From the NCBI GenBank assembly GCA_963693365.1, contig CAVNZM010000001.1, positions 13,316,418 through 13,380,417 of the forward strand: a stretch of DNA of 64,000 bases, written 5' to 3'. Source of the stretch: Amoebidium appalachense. Its lineage: Eukaryota; Protista; Ichthyosporea. A program made the position numbers and the translations under genes. The notes under the pieces are model-generated. The model was not told where the DNA came from. It did not search any database and was given only the letters and a program-made list of their open reading frames with translations. Shown one piece after another: positions 1 through 33,507 of this stretch. The number at the start of each line of letters is the position of its first letter. Position 1 is the stretch's first letter.

Positions 1-239
1 CACCAATACTCCATTGACGCACAAAAAAAACCTAGTATCAAATTCACAACTAACAAAAAGGAAAAGTACACAAAAACCCCGTGGGGATGGTCGGCGGCTG
101 ACGGTTCTTTTTCTTCTTTCTTTTTTTCTTTTCCCGTGTTCCTTGGGGTGTTCACTGTGCACGAGCCGCAAAAGTGACTCATTAGCGACCAGCCACATGT
201 TGAAAACAGGGACATAAATAACAAAACATGAAATTTCAG

Positions 240-22671
<22,432 letters not shown>

Positions 22672-23371
22672 AGGCCCACTGCACGGCACCTGTAGTAGCT
22701 ATCGGAGTCTGTGATTTTAAATATTTCATATGAATGAATGAATGTTAACTATATGTTGTGCAGCCTCCAGTCACCTCATCTCTGTTTCAAGTATTTGATG
22801 AGTGACTGATTGCACCACGGCTGGGTCACGTGACATTCAACTTACAGATAGGCCGTACCTGGCCATGGCGTGGGACGGCCAGAGAGCGAGGGTAACTATA
22901 ATAACTGTTAAGAGGGCAAGTCGAAGCCTTAGATAGAATGCACTTCATAACTCAATCGAGAATGAGCATTGCACTATTCTAAGAAACTGTTAAATTGTTA
23001 TTGAATAGTATTAGCAAGTTGGGGATGCGACCTGGAGGCGGCCTAAATGCCCCTTAACTTATAGTATTGGAATTTCTGATGCCACCGGTTAGAATGAATG
23101 ACCCCACCGACTCTGTTGTGATCAGAATCGTTTCCTAGAGCCTCCTATTATCAAAATCTGCACCGCCTGCTGGATATTCAGTGACCTTCTTCTGTAGGAC
23201 GAGAATTCCAAGATCATTATAAACAAATGCCAATAAAATGAGCAAGTGTGACATGTGTAGGCTTAGGGTGCACACACACACGAAGTTCGATGTTTGTGAC
23301 GTGGATGCATGGTCTCACATGCCAGCGGGTGTGTTTGACCATGTGTGTGTGTGTATGTGTGTGTTTTATTA

Positions 23372-24239
23372 CTGTATGCGTCCGCGCGTAACATATTCCG
23401 CACACAACATAACGTCGACGCCGATTTTCAAAAATCTTAACATACTGACCTCGGTCATTTTTCGGGATTATGTTAGCGCACCAAGGGGTCCTATACATAG
23501 TAGGACGAATTATCGGGTTTATCTGGTCAGTTTAGACCCCCTATCTTAGTATTTCGATCTCTTTCCCAGACAAAACAGTGGTTCGCCGTGATTTCCCGCC
23601 CAAAGCTCGGCAGGGCCAATGATAGGCGGCGGCCGCACATCGCATGGTATGCAAAGGACTCATGTGGCCGACTATGTCGATAAACGAGCAGAAACATACG
23701 AAGGCCCCAACTAGTTCGAAGCAGTCTTGTATAGCTGGTTTTTACTCCTAGTCATATAGGGAGGTTGAATGCATATTAAACCCACCGATCATGACCAAGC
23801 CAGTAGTCCAGGTGCAGGCAGCTGCACTTGGGGCGTTGAATAGTGCACTGCACACAGTAAATGAGGCCACAGACAAGTTTCAGGAAACTACCCAAGAAGC
23901 CCAAGCAATCATTTCTGAGGGTTTTGTAAACGCAAACAACACAATCAACAACGCAACCACACGTGCAATTGCACAAGCCGAAACGGCAAAAGCACAATTG
24001 CGCTCGCACATGGAGAGTTTAGAGAGCCGCAGAGCCCCCACACGCGCGGAATCGCTGAGTCTTTTCCGTGTGAGTTACGGTAATGGTTTGGAGCTTGATG
24101 AAACCCTGAATACGGATTTGTATGAGGCGAAGGTGCAGGGTTGCCTCTTACTCGTGTAGGTGTGTGGTGCCAAATTCGTGGTGTGAGAGTAAGGTGTGAG
24201 GGAGCAGAAAGACTAGTACGTCCTTGTTTGTATGAGTTG

Positions 24240-24273
<34 letters not shown>

Positions 24274-24452
24274 CTTTTTTGGTTTGGTCCCCTTGAAAAA
24301 AATCAGTATGTTTTTATTATTATTTGAATCAATTACTTATTGATTTCCTCTATATTTACTTATTTAGCGGGTTGGGGAGGAGGGGAGGGGGGGGGTGGGG
24401 GGGGGGGACTTGATGTACTGAATGCTAGACTTTCAAGTATTGATTTAGATTT

Positions 24453-24509
<57 letters not shown>

Positions 24510-24783
24510 CACACACACACACACATAGGCTTTCACGCTTTCAGCTTCTTCTTCTTTTTTTTTTTTCAAAGTTTTTTTTTTTTTTTTTTTCCGAATTTCC
24601 CTTTTTTTTTTTTCACCATCTCAAAAAGGAACTAGTATAAGTATTCTTTGTTTATTCATTCATTTGATCAATTTATTTTTTGTTTACTACTATATTTATG
24701 TCATTTAGCGGTTTGCGGATTCCCCGCCCGATGGAGAGGCCCAGTGTGGCCTCCTGGGCGGGCGGGAGGGCGGGCGGGCGGGG

Positions 24784-24832
<49 letters not shown>

Positions 24833-24940
24833 AACATAATCGAGACGGGCTCTGGGAGCCTATTTTTAGATACTAATTAAAATTTAACATAACGACCTCG
24901 ACCCTTGTCGGGGCGGTATGTTATGCGCGGACGCATACTG
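23372..24940 (+). mobile_element. Non-autonomous Tc1/mariner-type (ITm) TIR element, copy 1
   Basis: ~24-bp TIRs: left CTGTATGCGTCCGCGCGTAACATA; right end TATGTTATGCGCGGACGCATACTG (reverse complement CAGTATGCGTCCGCGCATAACATA). TA at 23370-71 and 24941-42. No transposase. Confidence 0.85.
23791..24159 (+). CDS. 122-aa alpha-helical passenger ORF, similar to the C-terminal half of the MORN protein at 38303
   Basis: Non-repetitive Ala/Gln/Glu-rich ORF. VNEATDKFQETTQEA aligns with VNQASELAQESTRKA, and PTRAESLSLFRVSY with PERVEFSLLMRTAY (by eye). Confidence 0.55.
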   Translation: MTKPVVQVQAAALGALNSALHTVNEATDKFQETTQEAQAIISEGFVNANNTINNATTRAIAQAETAKAQLRSHMESLESRRAPTRAESLSLFRVSYGNGLELDETLNTDLYEAKVQGCLLLV

Positions 24941-25074
24941 TATACAGGAGGCCGCCGTGGCGCAAACAGCACGAACAATTATTATTGAGTGGTAGTTTAT
25001 TACAGGCTTGAGGCCGAGTTGCTTGCTGTGTACAGCATTGCTGTGTGTTCTATACACATCGCCTCCGGTGATTG

Positions 25075-25539
25075 TCACTGTCTCACGTTGTCTTCACTTG
25101 TGCGCTTGGCAGGCGGGGCCGAGTCCAGGGGGGCTTGCGTGAGGCGGGCGGCCGGGACGCAGCGGACGTAGGGGCCAGCCATGCGTATCGCCGTGTTGAT
25201 GTTGGCTTGTAGGCAGCTTTGGCAGAAGCGGGCCACAGCGTCAGGGCCATCGACGGCGCACTTGCGGACGTGCGGGCGCATGTAGAGCGGGACCATGCCC
25301 ATTAGCTCCTGTTGCAGCAGCAACAGCTCGGGGTCGTCGTGGCGGCGTCCCGCGCGTAGGCCTCTGACGAGGGCGCCGCACAGGCGGGCGATGCTGGTGT
25401 GCACCTTGGCGGTGGTGTTGACGAGGTGGTAGATCTCCCCCGCAACCTCAGGCGGTCTCCCGTCCATAAGCAGCCTATAGGCTATCATCAGCGCAGCCTC
25501 GACGGTGTTGGGAAACTCTCTCGACATTGCGACGTTCAT
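25075..25539 (-). CDS. Orphan intronless ORF (~150 aa), unknown function
   Basis: GC-rich, non-repetitive frame MNVAMSREFPNTVEAALMIAYRLL...HVRKC...FCQSC...PPAKRTSEDNVRQ. Start uncertain (25539, 25527 or further upstream). Confidence 0.55.
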   Translation of the reverse strand: MNVAMSREFPNTVEAALMIAYRLLMDGRPPEVAGEIYHLVNTTAKVHTSIARLCGALVRGLRAGRRHDDPELLLLQQELMGMVPLYMRPHVRKCAVDGPDAVARFCQSCLQANINTAIRMAGPYVRCVPAARLTQAPLDSAPPAKRTSEDNVRQ

Positions 25540-25653
25540 TCTTTTTTTTTCCACTGCAACAATCGCAAACTGACTGACTTTCAAACCTGTTGCACACATG
25601 TTTATGTACTGTGTGTGGTTTAGGGCTACCGGGGGGGAGGGGGGGAGGGGGAG

Positions 25654-25999
25654 GGGCAACATGCCCCCGGTAAACTACGCAGTCGGGCAACATGCCCCCG
25701 GTAAACTACGCAGTCGGGCAACATGCCCCCGGTAAACTACGCAGTCGGGCAACATGCCCCCGGTAAACTACGCAGTCGGGCAACATGCCCCCGGTGAACT
25801 ACGCAGTCGGGCAACATGCCCCCGGTGAATTACGCAGTCGGGCAACATGCCCCCGGTGAACTACGCAGTCGGGCAACATGCCCCCGGTGAACTACGCGGT
25901 TCAGGTAGCATGCCCCCGGTGAACTACGCGGTTCAGGTAGCATGCCCCCGGTGAACTATGAAGTTGGGCAACATGCCCCCGGTGAACTATGGAGTCGGG
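25654..25999. repeat. 31-bp tandem minisatellite (~11 copies)
   Basis: Unit GGGCAACATGCCCCCGGT(A/G)AACTACGCAGTC at 25654, 25685, 25716 and onward; the last three units are degenerate. Confidence 0.95.
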
Positions 26000-26001
26000 T
26001 A

Positions 26002-26877
26002 CAGTATGCGTCCGCGCGTAACATACTCCGCGCACAACATAACGTCGACGCCGATTTTCAAAAATCTTAACATACTGACCTCGGTCATTTTTCGGGATTA
26101 TGTTAGCGCACCAAGGGGTCCTATACATAGTAGGACGAATTATCGGGTTTATCTGGTCAGTTTAGACCCCCTATCTTTAGTATTTCGATCTCTTTCCCAG
26201 ACAAAACAGTGGTTCGCCGTGATTTCAACGACCGCCCAAAGCTCGGCAGGGCCAATGATAGGCGGCGGCCGCACATCGCATGGTATGCAAAGGACTCATG
26301 TGGCCGACTATGTCGATAAACGAGCAGAAACATACGAAGGCCCCAACTAGTTCGAAGCAGTCTTGTATAGCTAGTTTTTACATCCTAGCCATATAGGCAG
26401 GTTGAATGCATATTAAACCCACCGATCATGACCAAGCCAGTAGTCCAGGTGCAGGCAGCTGCACTTGGGGCGTTGAATAGTGCACTGCACACAGTAAATG
26501 AGGCCACAGACAAGTTTCAGGAAACTACCCAAGAAGCCCAAGCAATCATTTCTGAGGGTTTTGTAAACGCAAACAACACAATCAACAACGCAACCACACG
26601 TGCAATTGCACAAGCCGAAACGGCAAAAGCACAAATTGCGCTCGCACATGGAGAGTTTAGAGAGCCGCAGAGCCCCCACACGCGCGGAATCGCTGAGTCT
26701 TTTCCGTGTGAGTTACGGTAATGGTTTGGAGCTTGATGAAACCCTGAATACGGATTTGTATGAGGCGAAGGTGCAGGGTTGCCTCTTACTCGTGTAGGTG
26801 TGTGGTGCCAAATTCGTGGTGTGAGAGTAAGGTGTGAGGGAGCAGAAAGACTAGTACGTCCTTGTTTGTATGAGTTG

Positions 26878-26911
<34 letters not shown>

Positions 26912-27082
26912 CTTTTTTGGTTTGGTCCCCTTGAAAAAAATTAGTATGTTTTTATTATTATTTGAATCAATTACTTATTGATTTCCTACATATTTACTTA
27001 TTTAGCGGGTTGGGGAGGAGGGGGGGGGGGGGGGGGGACTTGATGTACTAAATGCTAGACTTTCAAGTATTGATTTAGATTT

Positions 27083-27175
<93 letters not shown>

Positions 27176-27580
27176 CACACACACACACACATAGGCTTTC
27201 ACGCTTTCAGCCTCTTTTTTTTTTTTTTTTTTTTTCAAAGTTTTTTTTTTTTTCCGAATTTCCCTTTTTTTTTTTTTCACCATCTCAAAAAGGAACTAGT
27301 ATAAGGATTCTTTGTTTATTCATTCATTTGATCAATTTATTATTTGTTTACTACTATATTATGTCATTTAGTGGTTTGCGGATTCCCCGCCCGATGGAGA
27401 GGCCCAGTGTGGCCTCCTGGGCGGGCGGGAGGGCGGGCGGGCGGGCAGGGGGGGGGGGGGGGGGGGGGGGGTAACATAATCGAGACGGGCTCTGGGAGCC
27501 TATTTTTAGATACTAATTAAAATTTAACATAACGACCTCGACCCTTGTCGGGGCGGTATGTTATGCGTGGACGCATACTG
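26002..27580 (+). mobile_element. Non-autonomous Tc1/mariner-type TIR element, copy 2
   Basis: TA|CAGTATGCGTCCGCGCGTAACATAC ... GTATGTTATGCGTGGACGCATACTG|TA; near-identical direct copy of 23372-24940. Confidence 0.88.
26428..26797 (+). pseudogene. Second copy of the passenger ORF with a +1 frameshift
   Basis: gcacaAattgcg at ~26633 versus gcacaattgcg in copy 1 splits the ORF; this could also be a homopolymer sequencing error. Confidence 0.6.
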
Positions 27581-27972
27581 TAGTACACCATTGTAATAGT
27601 ATATATTTGTTTTGGCTCTGTGATGTTATCCCCACCAAGCATGGGGGACGAGAGGGGGAAAGGAAAGAGGCTGGAAGAGAGCCTCCTGGAGGGGGGGGGG
27701 GGAGGGGGGGGGGGGGGGGTGGGGAGGGTCGTCCCCGGATGATGAGGGGAGAAAGACCCCTAAGGGAAAGAAAGATGGAGGGAGGGAGGGTCGAAAGAGA
27801 GCCAAGCTACGTACAGAGCCTGTGACGTCGGAGATATCTCAGAAATTCGAGTCCGGGGCCGGATTTGAAGTCGACGAGATCCGGAAGGAGAGAGAAGGAA
27901 AGGGCTTTTTTTTTTTTTTTTTTTTTAAAGGGAAATATTTCGATCAGGGCATCAGACATGGCAAAGAATGGA

Positions 27973-28512
27973 TATTATCAATATATATAATGCGTTGTTT
28001 GCCGGACCTCAAATCCGGAATTTGGAGGGGACCAAAGGCCATTTTGTGAGGCATCAAAAACCATCAAAACGTTGCTTAGTTGTTTTTATGACATCAAAAT
28101 CGCTAAATATTCTTGCGATACTAATGACAAAGTCTAAAATAACTATATATTTGATAATGAGAAAATTGAAATATAGTGCCCTAAAGTTGGGCCCGAGAGG
28201 ATGTACGTACTCGGGGCTTTGAAATAAAAAGAAAAAAACCAGCGGTTTCGGAGTCTAATAACACGCTGGGCTGAATGACGGCAGAGATCAGGTGATTCCC
28301 GTATCAAAGCGGTTTTTGTTTCTAACCCAGAATGGAACGCACTTTTTTTTGAGAAATTCGGCGACATTTGTTTTACAAAGTACTATATCATTGGTACAAC
28401 GACATTTTGAAAACTTTAATGTAATAGAACTACCAATCCAATCACAAAAACCTCAAAGGTCAGCTAACACCGATTTAGGGGGACACGGGGGTGAGGACGG
28501 TAAATTCTATAT

Positions 28513-28554
<42 letters not shown>

Positions 28555-28564
28555 CGGCCGTGGC

Positions 28565-28595
<31 letters not shown>

Positions 28596-28967
28596 TGTAC
28601 ATTTTAATGTTTCAAAAGCTATAGGCAGACAGTTGTTTAAAAAGATAGAGTAAAAAACACAACTAAATCAACTCAGTAATGTGAATATGACATTTAGGGC
28701 GAGTGTACTAGAAGGGTTTGTGGCTGATAATGATAATTTTTTTACACTAGAGCTAGGGTGATTCAAGCTGGGCGGTAGTCATTGGTAATTTTTTTTTATT
28801 TGTTTTTTTTCCACATGTACACACAAAGTAATAATCGAATAGAATACAAAAACAACTAAGAAGACAAAAACGCATACAAACTTCACTTCACACATTCACA
28901 CACACACAAACATGCACACACACACACACACACATTGACGTTGAACACAATGAAAGGAATTACCTAG
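27973..28967 (+). repeat. ~1-kb duplicated module R, copy 1
   Basis: Highly similar to 31022-32081 (tattatcaatatatataatgcgttg ... acacaatgaaaggaa..ctagaa). Confidence 0.9.
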
Positions 28968-29159
28968 AAGTCGTCTATTTGCTACCACACTTTTAATTTG
29001 GGTTATTTGTGGCTGGCGTTTCTACCCGGAGTATTGTTATGCCCGTCAGATTCACCAACATGAATTGTTAGTGCCACGGATAGCACTTTACAGTTACAAC
29101 GCCAAGTTACGTGTAGCAGCAAGATGCATTTATTTCTACCCGTACGCAAAAAAAAAAGG

Positions 29160-29190
<31 letters not shown>

Positions 29191-29332
29191 AGGAGCGTGA
29201 GGTGGGGGGGCCAGGGAGGGGGGGGGGGGGGGGGGGGAGGGGGGAGGGAGGTAACAACCACACAACCCAACATCAATAACTGTCTCGTTATGTTTTGGCG
29301 CCGGCGACAGCCGGCGCACAGACCTACTTGTA

Positions 29333-30763
29333 TTGTACAGTTGCCATAGACACAACGAGATAGTTGCTGAGATAGCTTCACCGGATATCCAACGATATTT
29401 ACCAAAAACGTGCATGCTTCGCGCGTTTAACACCAACGATTCTTTAAACGCCGTGTTCCGTCTTTCTTCCCTTCAAGGGGGCTTTCGTCATGCCTATTCG
29501 TGTTATACTCACAGCCTGTTACTCCATGAATCCATTACTTCTGGCTCTCCACACGTTGTCTTCATCGACCTTAAGAACGCCTACGACACCGTACCCACTG
29601 GTTTGTTATGGCATAAGGGCTATGCGGGGCTTACCCCCTTTGGCCGTCTTCTGCAAGCGCTGTTCGATACCACTCGCGGACGAGCGGCGGTCAATAGAAC
29701 ATTAACACCCGGTTTTTCCCGTTCTCGGCAGGGGTCCCTCCTGAGTCCGTTGTTGTTTGACGTTTTCATTGACGATTTAGCCTGCGCCCTCGAACCCTTT
29801 GGCCAACTGCATACCCGCCGTGTACCGGGTCTCCTTTTTGCGGACGATATTGTTCTTTGTTCCTTAACCGAAGATGTCATGCACCAGATGCTTCGTCAGG
29901 TGGATCAATGGTGCACCGAGAATCTCATGACAGTCGGAAATGCAAAGTGTGCTACTAGTACTTTTTCGAAAAACGCTTCCTTTCGATTGGCCGGTCTTCC
30001 TATTCCTGTTCAGAGCACCTATGACTATTTGGTTATTCATTTTACTGCACGGGGTATTGATTTCCGCAAGCTCCTTGGCACGGCATGGATCGCTCGTGCG
30101 AAGGGTAAGCTTCACATCGTGTCAAATATGTTTCAACGGGAGTCTGTGATCCATCCTGCGAACCTTCTTCTCTACTATAAAACTTTTTAACGGCCGACTT
30201 TCGAATATGGACTTCCGCTATTGGCCTGCGCCTCACCTCGCGAGGCGGCCGTGGCGCTGAAAGAGTTCGACGATTTTCAGGGTACTGCGCTGCGCACTTT
30301 GTTTCGTACTCGGTTTGTGCCTCCCTTAATCAGTATGTTTGGATTGTCGTCTGCTGTTTGTCGTATGGAGGAATTGTCTCTTCGTTTTTGTTTTCATTTA
30401 GTTAGGATACCTGATGGTCACCCTCTTTATGCTTTCTTTCCCCCCCTCCCTCTATTCCTCTTCCCCCCCGATTCACCAACTCTACTTCTGAATGTCCTCA
30501 GCCTACCCTCTTTCAACCTGATTCTTCCTCTCGCTATCTCACTCCCTCTTTCTTTTCTCTTCCTGTTTTTTCTGCCTTTTCGCGTTATTACCATATGCAG
30601 TATACGTTTCTTTCTCGTTCTGATAGAGAAATCAAAGGCAAAACTCAGTCGGCATGTGTTATGTTGGAACACCGTACTGATCATTATCGCTTTTTGAAAG
30701 CTTTGGCAGGATATATTTCTCCTGCTGTACGTATGGATACCACCCTAGTAGATAGTCTGTATG
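29333..30763 (+). pseudogene. Decayed non-LTR (LINE) reverse transcriptase fragment
   Basis: RT motifs Q.GFR, FIDLKNAYDTV, RQGSLLSPLLFDVFIDDL, LLFADDIVL and YKTF*RPTFEYG. In-frame stop at 30188-30190 and apparent small deletions; no endonuclease domain seen. Confidence 0.9.
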
Positions 30764-31024
30764 GGTTTTATTTGTGGAGTTTTATTGACATAAATATTTT
30801 TCTGGGTAAACACGTAGGATGGGTGTCCGACATCAACATAACCATGTAGGCTTCGTTTCGTGTTTTAGCAGCTCGCGTTCGGCTGCCCGCATACGGGCAC
30901 CTATTATTAGCCGATCAAAACATCAGATTCCACAGATCACTAGACCGAGTTTGATTGGCTCAGGATCAGATTTCACATAACACTAGATCGATTTTGATTA
31001 ACTCAGATCGGTAGCCTTAGGTAT
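30764..31024 (+). repeat. ~260-bp duplicated module X, copy 1 (copy 2 at 34257-34514)
   Basis: ggttttatttgtggagttttattgac ... cagatcgg(t/g)agcc(t/c)taggtat is shared, with internal atcagatt...cactaga sub-repeats. Confidence 0.9.
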
Positions 31025-31612
31025 TATCAATATATATAATGCGTTGTTTGCCGGACCTCAAATCCGGAATTTGGAGGGGACCAAAGGCCATTTTGTGAGG
31101 CATCAAAAACCATCGAAACGTTGCTTAGTTGTTTTTATGACATCAAAATCGCTAAATAGAATCTTGCGATACTAATGAAAAAGCCTAAAATAACTATATA
31201 TTTGATAATGAGAAAATTGAAATATTGTGCCCTAAAGTTGGGCCCAAGAGGATGTACGTACTCGGGGCTTTGAAGTAAAAAGAAAAAAACCAGCGGTTTC
31301 GGAGTCTACTGTGAACGCGCTGGGCTGAATGACGGCAGAGATCAGGTGATTCCCGTATCAAAACGGTTTTCGTTTCTAACCCAGAATGGAACGCACTTTT
31401 TTTTAGAGAAATTCGGCGACATTTGTTTTACAACGTATTATATCATTGGTACAACGACATTTTGAAAATTTTAATGTAATAGAACTACCAAATCCAATCA
31501 CAAAAACCTCAAAGGTCTGCTAACACCGGTTTAGGGGGACACGCCGGCAATGTCCACGCAATAAAAAGTGTGTAAACCCACGACACGGGGATGAGGACGG
31601 TAAATTCTATAT

Positions 31613-31661
<49 letters not shown>

Positions 31662-32081
31662 GGCCTGTGGCACACACACACACACACACACACAAACACA
31701 TGTACATTTTAATGTTTTAATAGCAGACAGTTGTTGAAAAAAATAGAGTAAAAAACACAACTAAATCAACTCAGTTATGTGAATATGACATTTGGGGCGA
31801 GTGCCGTAGAAGGGTTTGTGACTGATAATGATTATTGTTTTACACTAGAGCTAGGGTGATTCAAGCTGGGCGGTGGTCATTGGTAATTTTTCTATTTGTT
31901 TTTTTTCCACATTTACACACAAAGTAATAATCGAATAGAATACAAAAACAACTAAGAAGAAAAAAACGCATACAACCTTCACTTGGCCCACACACACACA
32001 TTCACACACACACAAACATCCACACACACACACACACACACACACATAGACGTTGGACACAATGAAAGGAAATATATCTAG
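31022..32081 (+). repeat. ~1-kb duplicated module R, copy 2
   Basis: Copy of 27973-28967 with a ~40-bp extra segment near 31543-31583. Confidence 0.9.
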
Positions 32082-33043
32082 AAAACACGGGTGCCATGAT
32101 TGCAGTCACTGAGTACGAAAAGCATAAAAAAAAAAATTTGGGGGGGAAGGGGGGGGGGGGGGGGGGGGGGGGGGGGTGTCATCTTCACTTGATTCTCTGC
32201 AAGACTTAGAAGTTGAGTTTTGTATTTATTTATTAGTTGTTGTAGTTTGTTTCCTTTTCCTTTCTTCATTTCTTTCTTTCTTTTCCGTTTCCGTGTACAC
32301 GACATCTTAGATCTGTGTACGTATCGACATACTTAGCTCGCGCACACGTACTGTCGTTTGCGTCAAAATCTATATATGTCATCCAATCATATCTCGTTTG
32401 TATTTTCCCAAATATAGTAACTTACATTCCTTTCTCATTCCTTTCTCACGACGTAGCATTGTGCTATGTTCTTCAACTATTAGGAATAATTATATTTAGA
32501 CGTGTTATGATAAGAACATGTATAAATGTATGTTATGAATTAATAGTTATATAAGTGGTTTCATTTTGTTAAATGTTTCCGTGCTTTTATTAGAAGTTTC
32601 TTTCATTAGAGGATTGAGTTTTATATTCTATGTGTCGACAGACATTTTAATCGATATATTTTACACTCATAGTTTTCGTTCTTTTGATTGGTTTATCGTT
32701 TCACATTCCCAAGTATAAAAGGGACCTCATCTTGAAATAAATCACAAGCAGTCGTATTCATTTCCTATGGTTCCAGAAATCGTTCCAGGACCTCCTCTCC
32801 GGTTGTGTTTTTCCCGTGTGTCTCTGTGTTGTGTATATCATAACACCCATCTGTGCTCTCTGCTTCTCCGTTTACCCACACAAAATAATAGGGGGGGGGG
32901 ATGCTTTGAAGTAAACTGAGAATAGTATAATTGCAGTACTGACTTGTGAGCATGGTATATCGACACACACCGTAGAATGATGATTTTATGTTCGGGAACA
33001 TTTCGGGGGGGGGGGGTGCCAATTCCAGACTTCACTGAAATTG

Positions 33044-33075
<32 letters not shown>

Positions 33076-33507
33076 ATATGTTGCCCACCTGGCACTCAGT
33101 GCACGTGGAAAGTTTTATTGCCTGTCCATGCATATCATCGGGTTACCAAACAGTTCTGTAAAATAAGTAAAACAACAAAACAATAAAAATATTATAAAAT
33201 TTTTGCAAGCAATTTAGAACATATTGCACTTGGTGGTTTTCAGCTACATGTTTTTGGAGGACCACAAGGAAACTTGCAAGTACTTCGGCAATGGCAATCT
33301 CTCCCGGCCCTAGACTGATAACACAGTGTGGCAACTTGAAGAAAGGGGGGAGGGGGGGGGGGGGGAAGCGTGAGGCGAGGGGAGGGGGGGGGGGGGGGGG
33401 GGGGGGAGGGGAGAGGGAGGTAACAACCACACAACCCAACATCAATAACTGTCTCGTTATGTTTTGGCGCCGGCCCGGGACAGCCGGCGCACAGACCTAC
33501 TTGTACC

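Noticed and set aside
22885-22915. Resemblance of ggtaactata to the LSU rRNA / I-CeuI site
   Set aside because: The match is only ~10 nt with no surrounding rRNA similarity.
25654-25999. CRISPR-like array (31-bp repeats with an internal palindrome)
   Set aside because: Units are head-to-tail with no unique spacers, no cas genes are present and the context is eukaryotic.
27973-28967. Module R as a non-autonomous Helitron (A|TC start, CTAG near the end)
   Set aside because: CTAG is not followed by T and I found no clear subterminal GC hairpin; left as an unclassified repeat.
29333-30697. Functional or domesticated reverse transcriptase (retron- or telomerase-like)
   Set aside because: The motifs are LINE-type, and the frame has a stop and deletions, consistent with a decayed non-LTR copy.
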